Source of the DNA: a virus
Reading direction: 5' to 3' (one strand)
IMG/VR virus record: IMGVR_UViG_3300020050_011359
Location: 1-36,628 of that record
DNA length: 36,628 nucleotides
Shown: positions 8,014 to 16,242 of the stretch, one piece after another
Layout: every line of letters begins with the position of its first letter
Position numbering within the stretch: position 1 is the stretch's first letter
Translations under genes and position numbers: made by a program
The notes under the pieces: generated by a model
The model's input: only the letters and a program-made list of their open reading frames with translations
Told to the model about the DNA's origin: nothing
Database searches by the model: none

Positions 8014-9720
8014 TTAAGTTAATAGTCCTACATCTCTTAATGCTTTTACTACTTGTCCGATTGTATAACCGTCGAAAGTTGCTGTATCGTTTGCTATTCC
8101 TGAAGTATTTGCTGCGAATGTAGATGCTGCACTAGCTGTTGTTGGCCTTGCAATTTGTGCTACGTTATAAAATCCTAAGTTAGTTCCGAGGTGTCTAAAA
8201 TTTGCGCCAACATGAAAAGAGTCGTCTGTTTTTAAAGTGTCTGCTGCTGAAGAATAAAGGTTTGTATCTCCTCCAATTCTAATTCCATCTTGAGCAAGTC
8301 TTGAAGTGCCTTCTATATTAATTGCGTAATTCGTAGTACCAGTGAATGCCCCAATCGTTGGCATTGCACCAAGTCTTAAGCCTACTCTTGTCTGATTGTT
8401 AGCTGTAAATGCTGGAGCATCCGCTCTAAAACCATACCAAGCAGTAGTTGTTCCAGTTGTTGTTCCTGCACCTGCCCTAAAAATTGTAGCATCTGCTGTT
8501 ACCGCACTTGCATGAGAGGTAGAATTAAAACCAAAATAAACAATTGCAGTAGATACGTTTCCTGCTGCTGTATTATCACAATAAACTAGACCACCAACTT
8601 CTCTTGTAACTGTCCCAGTTGATTCATTTCTTGCATAACCCTCAAATCCAACTAACCCGCCTGTACCATCTGTGTGATTTTGTGAGTTAGTTGCTGCAAC
8701 TGCAAATTGTAATCCCCAGTTTCTGCAAGTAGATGAGGCAGATGGTGCTGAGTTTACTTGACATAAAATCCCTTGAAATGTTCCAGATGTAGCAGTGTTA
8801 GTGGGAGGAGATGCGTGTATCTTATCCTCAACTCTTAAGGTATCTGCTGCACTTCTATAAAGTCTAACATCTCCACCTAGTGAAATCCCTGTAGTGTTTG
8901 TTGTGGCGTTAGCCATTGTTAAGGAAGTAGAGTAAACATGTCTTGCGTAGTTTGTTGCACTTCCAAAATCGTAGGTATTAGCAGATGAAACTAAGTAATG
9001 TCCTGTTGAATAAACTCCTGCTGTTGTGCCTGTGGTTTTAATCCCATAGTTTGTGGTGCTGTTACTTCCTAAAAACTCACCGCCAACGCTTTCTGTACCA
9101 GTTGCCCCTGCCGAGCGAATCCCTGCTGCATAAACCCCTACGTATTTTATAATCGGTGTCCCAGTTCCGTTATTTGTAACTGTACCGCTTGCTGTATTAT
9201 AACTTCCGTATAATGAAATATTAGGAGAATCAGTTGAAGCTGAGATAATAATATTGGGAGCACTAACTGAGTTTGAGGCGCCTGTTAATAATAAATTATA
9301 ATCTGAAGAACCATTATTAATGGTATATGACCCAGACAATGCAAGTTGATTGGCACTTGCTGATTTAGAATCAGACAAAACTGCGCCATTGACACTGACT
9401 GAACCGCTGAATTGAAAATAGTTATACGCTGCGCCATAATTAATCGTACCGTCATTGTTTGGTGATAATGTATCTGAAGAAATCAGAGAAGATTTTGTAG
9501 CAAAGAGGGCAGTTCCAACATCAATCCCAGAGCGAGCTGAAGTTTCTAAAACGTTTAAATATGCCTCATCAACCCCTGGCTGTGGAGACTCTATGTAAGT
9601 AAATACTGGGTTAGTTTGAAGAGTGCTTGTTGAATCTAAAAATAGTACAGAATTAGGATCACCACTAGGGATAATAGAACCAGTAGTAAGTGGTGCTGTA
9701 GAAATCTTATTAGCACTCAT
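8014..9720 (-). CDS. Tail fiber/spike-like protein, 568 aa
   Basis: Ser/Thr/Gly/Ala/Asn-rich beta composition. There is an internal duplicated motif: GGDVRLYRSAADTLRVEDKIHA (aa 282-303) and GGDTNLYSSAADTLKTDDSFHV (aa 483-504). The C-terminal ...TIGQVVKALRDVGLLT resembles fiber C-termini. Confidence 0.65.
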   Translation of the reverse strand: MSANKISTAPLTTGSIIPSGDPNSVLFLDSTSTLQTNPVFTYIESPQPGVDEAYLNVLETSARSGIDVGTALFATKSSLISSDTLSPNNDGTINYGAAYNYFQFSGSVSVNGAVLSDSKSASANQLALSGSYTINNGSSDYNLLLTGASNSVSAPNIIISASTDSPNISLYGSYNTASGTVTNNGTGTPIIKYVGVYAAGIRSAGATGTESVGGEFLGSNSTTNYGIKTTGTTAGVYSTGHYLVSSANTYDFGSATNYARHVYSTSLTMANATTNTTGISLGGDVRLYRSAADTLRVEDKIHASPPTNTATSGTFQGILCQVNSAPSASSTCRNWGLQFAVAATNSQNHTDGTGGLVGFEGYARNESTGTVTREVGGLVYCDNTAAGNVSTAIVYFGFNSTSHASAVTADATIFRAGAGTTTGTTTAWYGFRADAPAFTANNQTRVGLRLGAMPTIGAFTGTTNYAINIEGTSRLAQDGIRIGGDTNLYSSAADTLKTDDSFHVGANFRHLGTNLGFYNVAQIARPTTASAASTFAANTSGIANDTATFDGYTIGQVVKALRDVGLLT

Positions 9721-10100
9721 GAGTATGCAGTGTAAGAAACACCCTCACCGCTAACTGTTGAATCAATATATAATTTATTTAAGTTATCTATCTCTATTGA
9801 ATAAGCTTGGTTTGCAACTAGTGGTGTTCCTCTTCTTGTCCCTGCTGCTGCGACACAAGTGACTGCACCAATCACCACTATTCCTGTATTAGAAGAAAGC
9901 GCTGTAATGTCTACTCTCTCGCAAGGAACATCAGCAAATTTAACACGAGTACCTGCTGTGGTTACCACTTGCCGGCCATCAACTACGGTTGTTAATGGAT
10001 CGGATCTTAAATACTGAACCTGACCAGCTGACGTTACAAGAACCTTTACAGCATAATCAGGATTAATAGATGATGCGGAATTTGAAACCGTTGTACTCAT
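9717..10100 (-). CDS. Small beta-rich virion protein, 127 aa (hypothetical)
   Basis: ORF coupled to the portal gene (TAATG at 10100) and to the fiber-like gene (ATGA at 9717..9720). Confidence 0.65.
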   Translation of the reverse strand: MSTTVSNSASSINPDYAVKVLVTSAGQVQYLRSDPLTTVVDGRQVVTTAGTRVKFADVPCERVDITALSSNTGIVVIGAVTCVAAAGTRRGTPLVANQAYSIEIDNLNKLYIDSTVSGEGVSYTAYS

Positions 10101-12616
10101 TAATCATCACTCTCTGAATCTTCCATCTCGCCTGGTTCTTCCATTTCTACAGGCTCAATCTTTACGATTGGGTTACCATTTGCGCCGGTTGTAATTGTGC
10201 CAATCTTTGCTGTTGGTTTTGGCATTACTACTGAAACATTTATCGGCTGTGATTGTGGTGCTTGTGCTGAAATAGTTCTACTTTGTAAAACTGCGTCTTT
10301 TGTTTTTTCTTGAGTAGTTGTTATGTGTTTTAGTACTTCAAAGAGTTGTGCGTCTTTTCTGTGCTGGTCTTCCATCTTCAAGCGTTGTTCCTCGAGAAGT
10401 CTCTCATAGGCAACTGCATCATCTCTTTGCTTTTCAAGTTGTAAGCGTAATGCGTCCATCGTGGCTTTACTATCCTCGATAGTTTGTTGCAAGAATAATT
10501 TATTTTCTTCAATGGTTTTATTAAGCTCAACTTTAGTCATTTCAATCATATTCTTTGATTGATTTGCCTCGTTCATTATCTCGTTTCGTCTTGCCTCAAT
10601 TTGATTTTCTTCTAACCAGTATTGCCCATCAACTGCAATCTTTTGTTGTGCGTTAGCACTGGTGGTTTGAATATCAAGTAATTTAGCTTGTATTTCTTGC
10701 GCTTTTAGATTTGCATCATTAATATTTTTTTGATCCGTTGCACCTATTTGCGCCATTCTGTATTGATGGTCTAGCCTCATTTGCTCTTGCTTCATTGGTA
10801 TTTCGGCGTTCATTTTCGTATAGAACATTTCCTTATCAGCTTCAATACGAATCATCGCTGGGTCTGGTGGAGGAGGTGGTGGTGGTTGTTGTTTTGCTGC
10901 CTCTGCTTGTGCGATTAAATCTTGAATTGCTTTTGTAGCAGGAGCCATGAATTTCTTGCCAACTTCACTTTGATTAAGTGAAAGCAATACTGCTTGAAGC
11001 CCTACGAGTGCAAAGTCAGGAGATGTTTGAAGCATTTCAGCTGCTTGTTTTAATCCTTGTGTTACGGTTGTAACTGCAGCGTTTAGTCTTTGAGTTTGAA
11101 GACCCTTATCGACAAACGTCATCGAGTCTGTGTCAATTGCAATTCTAACGAGTCTTGCCTCGTCGTTTCTTAAAAGCTCAAGAGCTTGGGGAAATTGCTC
11201 CTGGTCTTTTGGCTGCATGTATTGATAACCAACAATTTCTGCAATCTTATTGTCGTCAAATACTTTGTAGGCAAGGTCAATCATCATCTCGATTGAATCT
11301 CTTGCAAGTTGTTGAACTTTTTTCTTAGCGTTTTTAAATCTATCGTGTGACGCGCCAGCTTTTATTTCTTGTGCGCCTAGTGTTTCAATCGGGTCTGATA
11401 ATCCTTGAACAATATCTGGAACGCCTGCCCATTTATCAAAGTTGGCAATAAATATTTGTTCTTGTTGATTAAGCTCATTGATTGCATTAACAAGCTCTTG
11501 AACTGGCATATACCAGATCATGTTTTGTAAACCGCCTTTTTCAACTAATGATTTAAGTGAGCTTGCAGATATAAATTCCTGATCGCCTGCATTAAGTAAA
11601 GCTACTAACTCTTCGTTGCCGTCTACTATTGCACGACGACGAACTGCATCAATAAGCCCGAATATGCGTTGATACATTTGGTGAAGCTGCAGCGCAACTG
11701 GTCTTAACTGTATCCAAGCAGGAGTTGGAAACATATTCTTAGGTGGTTTTCCTTGAATAATAAATGGAGGAGATGGGAAGAAATTTCTAAAACCGTAAGG
11801 ATCGACTGCAGGTGGCTTTAGGAATTTACTCGGCATTCCTTCTGATATCCAATAAACTGTTTTATTCTCCTTGCTATAAATCTCATAACCATCAATGTAT
11901 TTTTCACCTGTTGAAACAGGACGGCCTCGCTTATTGATTTGGTCAAGGGATTGATTAGGGGAGGATTTCCAAGGGTAAGAAGCGAGAACATCAGGATCAA
12001 ACCCTTTGCTCTCTGCCTCTTCCTTTGAATAACAAAAATAGTACGCCATCTCTGTGATGTCTGATGAGATTTTTGCATTTGGGGAATGCAAGATTTCATC
12101 GTAGCAAACAGGAGCTAAGCATATTTTTTGAGATAGTGGATCGACAATACCATTGTCGACATTGGCGTAGTATACGATTTGATTTGTGCTTTTTGCACCG
12201 TGAATAAAATCACTAACCGACATACTCATGACATCATCAAAGTGTGAGTTTGCCATTAAGTACTCGCCTAATCTTTCAGTGATTAGACCCATAGTCACTG
12301 CAACTGGGTCTTGAACGTCGAACCTTGTCTCTGTAACTAAATCAGGCGTACGTGAATAAAAAGCAGGCTCAAGATTATTAACTGCAGAATAGTAAGCTGG
12401 GTAAACTCTCGGCACTTCTGGCCTGTCTTGAGTTTTGTATTGATCCTCAAAGTCTTCTGTCTTTAGAAATTCTCTGTATGCTTCTCTTGTTTGATTAACG
12501 TGCCTTTGATAATTCGGGTTACGCTTACAATTATTGGCCCATTTAATCCAGTATTCTGGATAATTCCTGTTTTCCTCAGGGTTTGCGACTTGATTTTCTG
12601 CTGAATAAGAGTCCAT
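10100..12616 (-). CDS. Portal protein, 838 aa, with a long C-terminal coiled-coil extension
   Basis: Large ORF immediately downstream of TerL. The N-terminal ~575 aa are globular. They are followed by a Pro7 run (10865..10885), about 250 aa of Gln/Glu/Lys-rich coiled coil, and an acidic tail (EMEEPGEMEDSESDD). Confidence 0.75.
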   Translation of the reverse strand: MDSYSAENQVANPEENRNYPEYWIKWANNCKRNPNYQRHVNQTREAYREFLKTEDFEDQYKTQDRPEVPRVYPAYYSAVNNLEPAFYSRTPDLVTETRFDVQDPVAVTMGLITERLGEYLMANSHFDDVMSMSVSDFIHGAKSTNQIVYYANVDNGIVDPLSQKICLAPVCYDEILHSPNAKISSDITEMAYYFCYSKEEAESKGFDPDVLASYPWKSSPNQSLDQINKRGRPVSTGEKYIDGYEIYSKENKTVYWISEGMPSKFLKPPAVDPYGFRNFFPSPPFIIQGKPPKNMFPTPAWIQLRPVALQLHQMYQRIFGLIDAVRRRAIVDGNEELVALLNAGDQEFISASSLKSLVEKGGLQNMIWYMPVQELVNAINELNQQEQIFIANFDKWAGVPDIVQGLSDPIETLGAQEIKAGASHDRFKNAKKKVQQLARDSIEMMIDLAYKVFDDNKIAEIVGYQYMQPKDQEQFPQALELLRNDEARLVRIAIDTDSMTFVDKGLQTQRLNAAVTTVTQGLKQAAEMLQTSPDFALVGLQAVLLSLNQSEVGKKFMAPATKAIQDLIAQAEAAKQQPPPPPPPDPAMIRIEADKEMFYTKMNAEIPMKQEQMRLDHQYRMAQIGATDQKNINDANLKAQEIQAKLLDIQTTSANAQQKIAVDGQYWLEENQIEARRNEIMNEANQSKNMIEMTKVELNKTIEENKLFLQQTIEDSKATMDALRLQLEKQRDDAVAYERLLEEQRLKMEDQHRKDAQLFEVLKHITTTQEKTKDAVLQSRTISAQAPQSQPINVSVVMPKPTAKIGTITTGANGNPIVKIEPVEMEEPGEMEDSESDD

Positions 12617-12623
12617 TTAGTAG

Positions 12624-14117
12624 TTATTTAAGAATGTTTTTACGAGTTGGTATTAATTTCGCTTTTATTCCTGCAGGTGTAAAGCGCGATTTTTTGGCAA
12701 TATCTTTGTCTGATGGTTTTTTTATTGTCAGTGGTCTGGCTGTGCAAGCGTAACGAATTGCATCACAAATGTGCGTCGGCTCTCCATGTTCTGCGGGTAA
12801 TTCAATATTATGTGAATCTCTTGGCAATGAAGGAACGTAATCACGGCAATAATAAGCAGACTCTACAAAATAAATAAGCGGAATATCTTCAATGCCTATT
12901 AGTCTGTCTCGCATTTGCCCAGCTCCTTGAATGCGTGAGGTATTTGCTTTTATAAGTGGTACGCCATGTTGAGCAAAAACATCTGCCATCGTGTGCTTTT
13001 TATTAGTTGTTGGCGAAGTCTCGCCTCTATCTGCAAATGGATAAGAATCAGTAAGTGTTATGTTTGATGTTTTCTCAAGTGTACGTTCAATTATGCCTGC
13101 AGCTATTTGTGGGTTAGATAGGCGTATTCCTTTTTCTGGTGCTGTTGGGTCGCATCCGTACCATTCACGGTAACAAATTAAAGAGCCGCTCGGTAACCAA
13201 AGACTAGAGCCATCAAGTGCTGTGATTTCCTCACCGTCTGAGATTGTCCACCAAAGAACTGCGAACGGTTCAGCGGATCCCCAGTCAAAAGTTCTAAACT
13301 TAAACCAATGCGAAGGAGGTGTGAAATCAGGGATAACATGCTTTTCTTCATCCCATTCAGGGAAGAACTCACCAAGTGCTGCGTCCCAATCACCCTCATC
13401 AAGTGCTTTGGCAAGTGCCTTATCTCCAATACCTTCGAGCCTGCCTGCGTGTGCTTCAAGGTCAACGCTCGGGTTGTCAACGGCGCGAGACGGGATAAAC
13501 TGTCTTAAGAATCCTTCAACCTTTTCTATTTCAAAAGACCGCCTGCACTTAACAAAGTTTCTCTTAAAGAATGGAACGGATACGCCAATAGGGTTGGCTG
13601 TGTATATGATGCGAGGAAACATTTTCTGAGCGTGGTCTGGTAATGCTTCTTTCATTGGCTTTGAAAGACGGCACCAACCACGAAAGAATCGAATCAATCT
13701 CTCACTTATTTGTGTTGCCTCATCAATAACAATTACATGTTTCTCAACTCCTTGAGCTGAATTAAATTGTCTCTCGTCCTGGCAGTGTTGGAAGTAAATT
13801 AAAGAACCATTATGAAATCTAATTTCATCTTGAGTAATCTTAACAATCTTTGCTTTGACTAGTGGTTCAAGTATCGAACGAAATCCAGTTAATCCTTCAA
13901 GATGATTTTTCCTAATATCATCAATCTTTTTTCTTATTAACACGCATTGAAGATTTGATATTGACAAACACCAAGAGATTAAAGCGATACGAACAAAATG
14001 AGACTTACCGCCTTCAGTTGCTCCACCAAATAATAATTCAGTTGCCTCTGTTTGCAGTGCTTGCATTTGTCTTGGATGCAGTGACAAGCTTTCAGAGATA
14101 TCAATTCTTGTTACCAC
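12624..14117 (-). CDS. terL: Terminase large subunit, 497 aa
   Basis: Walker A-like GGATEGGKS near the N-terminus, Walker B-like VIVIDEA, and a C-terminal nuclease-type region. The GTG start at 14117 abuts the TerS stop (14118..14120), and the portal gene follows. Confidence 0.85.
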   Translation of the reverse strand: MVTRIDISESLSLHPRQMQALQTEATELLFGGATEGGKSHFVRIALISWCLSISNLQCVLIRKKIDDIRKNHLEGLTGFRSILEPLVKAKIVKITQDEIRFHNGSLIYFQHCQDERQFNSAQGVEKHVIVIDEATQISERLIRFFRGWCRLSKPMKEALPDHAQKMFPRIIYTANPIGVSVPFFKRNFVKCRRSFEIEKVEGFLRQFIPSRAVDNPSVDLEAHAGRLEGIGDKALAKALDEGDWDAALGEFFPEWDEEKHVIPDFTPPSHWFKFRTFDWGSAEPFAVLWWTISDGEEITALDGSSLWLPSGSLICYREWYGCDPTAPEKGIRLSNPQIAAGIIERTLEKTSNITLTDSYPFADRGETSPTTNKKHTMADVFAQHGVPLIKANTSRIQGAGQMRDRLIGIEDIPLIYFVESAYYCRDYVPSLPRDSHNIELPAEHGEPTHICDAIRYACTARPLTIKKPSDKDIAKKSRFTPAGIKAKLIPTRKNILK

Positions 14118-14543
14118 TTATTTTTTTTCAAAAACATTTGAGATGACCTCAACATTCCCAGAGTGTTCAACGTCTGTTTTATCGCGCCATCTATCTCGAT
14201 TTCTATTTTTTAACCAGAAAATCATTGACGTTGGATCAGGTGGCAATTCTTCTTCTTTAGTAATTACATTACCATCTTCATCAGTGGTAATTGTTTTTTT
14301 TCTCATGCCTCTTGCACGTGCTGCGAGTGCATATTCAATTTGTACAGTGTCAAAATAATCGCGTCCATCCTTTATGGCTGCGGAAAATTCTGGATATTTA
14401 TTTTGCCATTCTGATATTGTATCTATTGATATATCTAAAGCTTGTGCCAATTCAGGACCAGTTGCACCAAGTTTTGAAACTATAGAATAAGCTTGTCTAA
14501 CTGTTTTTTCGCCTTCGTATTTTGTTGGTCTACCGCCGGCCAT
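14118..14543 (-). CDS. terS: Terminase small subunit, 141 aa (N-terminal HTH type)
   Basis: The N-terminus MAGGRPTKYEGE...ISEWQNKYPEFSAAIKDG matches the common GRPTKY HTH small-terminase pattern. It lies directly upstream of TerL. Confidence 0.75.
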   Translation of the reverse strand: MAGGRPTKYEGEKTVRQAYSIVSKLGATGPELAQALDISIDTISEWQNKYPEFSAAIKDGRDYFDTVQIEYALAARARGMRKKTITTDEDGNVITKEEELPPDPTSMIFWLKNRNRDRWRDKTDVEHSGNVEVISNVFEKK

Positions 14544-14730
14544 TGGTTGATGATTCCTGAAACTTTTCTTTATTAGCTTTCAAGGTAAGCTTAAAACATT
14601 TCTTACAAAATACTTTTTTTAAGTCTGATGTCTTACCTGTGATTATGAAATCATATCGTGTGACGTTGCAACCTGTACCACATCTTCCGCGAGTAGCTTG
14701 ATATTCTGCGAGTAGTTGTTGGTCATTCAT
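14530..14730 (-). CDS. Small Cys4 (zinc-ribbon-like) protein, 66 aa
   Basis: CGTGC...CKKC spacing. ATGA overlap with the upstream gene at 14727..14730, and a 14-nt overlap with the TerS start. Confidence 0.55.
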   Translation of the reverse strand: MNDQQLLAEYQATRGRCGTGCNVTRYDFIITGKTSDLKKVFCKKCFKLTLKANKEKFQESSTNGRR

Positions 14731-15128
14731 TCAATTATCCCAGTGAAAGAACATAGCCATTCTTTATTATTCTTGTATTCTTTCACCCTTACACGAATAT
14801 CTTCAATTACGCAATCAGGATTTTCAAGCATTGGGAGTGAGCGAAGAATATTTGCGAGAGAGTTAGGATGATTGTCGGTGAATATGAACTCGTGCAAGAG
14901 TTCGAAAGCTTTTCTGTGATTTTCTTCAAATTGGTCTTTTTTAACTCGCTGTTGTTTACGCTCACGAATATTAGCAATGTGACCTCGTTCATAGCGAGAG
15001 AAATGCTCGAAATTTATATAATCGGTGAGTGCTTTTTGAATAACTGCAATCCAAAGTTTTTCCTCGGGGTAGAAAGCACGAAAATCAAGTAAGATTTCTG
15101 CTGCTGGTATTTTATCCTGAGTAATCAA
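14727..15128 (-). CDS. Hypothetical protein, 133 aa, first gene of the leftward late operon
   Basis: The ORF is open only from 15170. The only start-type codon near the 5' end is TTG at 15128, with no obvious SD, so the start is uncertain. Confidence 0.55.
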   Translation of the reverse strand: MITQDKIPAAEILLDFRAFYPEEKLWIAVIQKALTDYINFEHFSRYERGHIANIRERKQQRVKKDQFEENHRKAFELLHEFIFTDNHPNSLANILRSLPMLENPDCVIEDIRVRVKEYKNNKEWLCSFTGIIE

Positions 15129-15205
15129 CTTGAGAGTATGATGTGGAAAATAAGGAAAAGTTTCAAGAGATTATTTTAACAAAAAATAGCTAAATATTAC
15201 GTATA

Positions 15206-15315
15206 GTTATACCACCTCATGTTCTTTGTTGTGTAATACATCACATGCTAACATATTGATATTACTACACTAATATTATTTAGTTGTGTAATAAAATTAG
15301 GTGTGTGATTATAAT
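15206..15315. promoter_or_regulatory. Divergent control region: leftward extended -10, rightward TATAAT, and two 11-bp direct repeats
   Basis: The minus strand reads TGgTATAAC (15214..15206). The plus strand has TATAAT at 15310..15315. gttgtgtaata occurs at 15228..15238 and 15283..15293 (55 bp apart), each over the -35 zone of one promoter. Confidence 0.35.
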
Positions 15316-15355
15316 TAAAGAGCGGCAATAAAGCCGAATAAAAAAGGACAAAAAG

Positions 15356-15535
15356 ATGAGAAAATTTGAACTAGACAACACCGAGGGATTTACACAAACA
15401 CAATTAGACGCAATGAACGTCAAACTTATTGCAGAGGTAGAAGCAATCGCGGGCGATTACTCAGAAGACGAACAGTGGCTTCTAAACGACGTAATCAAAA
15501 CTATCAAAGAAAGAATTTTAAATGAATCAAACTAA
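15356..15535 (+). CDS. Small acidic protein, 59 aa (below the ORF-track cutoff)
   Basis: Hand translation gives MRKFELDNTEGFTQTQLDAMNVKLIAEVEAIAGDYSEDEQWLLNDVIKTIKERILNESN. aaggac lies 8 nt upstream of the ATG. It overlaps the next ORF by 14 nt. Confidence 0.55.
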   Translation: MRKFELDNTEGFTQTQLDAMNVKLIAEVEAIAGDYSEDEQWLLNDVIKTIKERILNESN

Positions 15536-15698
15536 ACGAGGGCGAAAGCCCTCACCGACAAAAAAACATCGTTATAATATTTGCTTACGGCAAGACGTGC
15601 ATCGAGAGTTGAAAAAACTAGCAGAAAAAGAAGGAATGTCGGTATCTGTCTGGATTAACCGGCAGATACTCTATGCGCTGTTGAAAGATATGCAATAA
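15522..15698 (+). CDS. Ribbon-helix-helix (Arc/CopG-type) DNA-binding protein, 58 aa
   Basis: Hand translation gives MNQTKRGRKPSPTKKHRYNICLRQDVHRELKKLAEKEGMSVSVWINRQILYALLKDMQ. This has a basic N-terminus, a beta-strand (RYNICL) and two helices, the RHH signature. Confidence 0.6.
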   Translation: MNQTKRGRKPSPTKKHRYNICLRQDVHRELKKLAEKEGMSVSVWINRQILYALLKDMQ

Positions 15699-15730
15699 TT
15701 CAAACCACGCTTGACGGTGTGCCAATATTT

Positions 15731-15770
15731 AGACTCAAGGTGTGCAATTGTATGCCTTGAGTCTTTTTTA
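15731..15770 (+). terminator. Rho-independent terminator
   Basis: A 10-bp stem, agactcaagg (15731..15740) with ccttgagtct (15755..15764), followed by TTTTT (15765..15769). It lies 33 nt after the RHH stop. Confidence 0.75.
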
Positions 15771-15820
15771 TGCTTAGGATTGATTATACTAGCTATAAAA
15801 CAATATTCTAATATCAAAGA

Positions 15821-16110
15821 CAATAATAGTATAATAGTACAATAATAGTACTTTTTCTCTGCTGGTAAAAAAACGTCTCAAACACTGTTTTAAAACATGT
15901 AAGTTATTAATATATATATAATATTATATATAAATATATATTATAATAAAATAATAATAGTATAATAGTACAATAGTACCATAGAGCACTTCCCTTTTAG
16001 AACCGAGGGTAAAGAAAGTGCTCTATGATACTATTGTACTATTATACTATAATTAATGAATCCAATGGGTTACAACGTTTTTTTGTACTATTATTGTACT
16101 ATTATTGTAC
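15821..16110. repeat. Origin-like block: ATAATAGTAC iterons in both orientations, a 56-nt pure A/T tract and a 35-bp-arm inverted repeat
   Basis: Forward 10-mers start at 15823, 15831, 15842, 15954, 15962 and 15970. Reverse copies (GTACTATTAT) start at 16028, 16036, 16085 and 16096. 15831..15851 is the exact reverse complement of 16085..16105. 15904..15959 is A/T only. 15957..15991 pairs with 16016..16050 (34/35). Confidence 0.6.
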
Positions 16111-16238
16111 GATTCTGATTTTTTTGCTGTGTCTTGTGCTGAAATAGAACTTAGTTTTGATTCTTCAACTGCCTGGTGAATAATTGCTCGAGCTAATTTC
16201 TCAATCTCGTTTTCTGACAGTTCGTCAATTGATTTCAT
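16053..16238 (-). CDS. Hypothetical protein, 61 aa (internal ATG of track ORF 16053..16334)
   Basis: The ATG at 16238 lies 5 nt past the TAG (16243..16245) of the upstream ATPase gene. The 3' end of this ORF runs through the right-hand iterons, so it may not be real. Confidence 0.35.
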   Translation of the reverse strand: MKSIDELSENEIEKLARAIIHQAVEESKLSSISAQDTAKKSESYNNSTIIVQKNVVTHWIH

Positions 16239-16242
16239 ATCA

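Noticed and set aside
10865-10885. The G/C-rich run encoding Pro7 in the portal as a phase-variable homopolymer.
   Set aside because: It is a mixed ggt/gga/gg codon run, not a homopolymer tract. There are no long single-base repeats to slip.
13222-13629. Antisense or overlapping track ORFs. Examples: 2423..2620, 2664..2891, 3162..3449, 5367..5570, 7082..7264, 10738..10938, 11818..12099, 13178..13629, 13955..14485, 14807..15092, 16865..17144, 18349..18733, 19342..19892, 20011..20214, 21060..21257, 23014..23265, 23568..23750, 23924..24199, 25082..25554, 29218..29448, 29799..30026, 31475..31816, 32818..33021, 33209..33574, 34355..34654, 34943..35164, 36203..36403.
   Set aside because: Each lies inside, and usually antisense to, a longer ORF that has recognisable motifs or tight translational coupling with its neighbours. 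Their products are low-complexity mirrors of the real genes.
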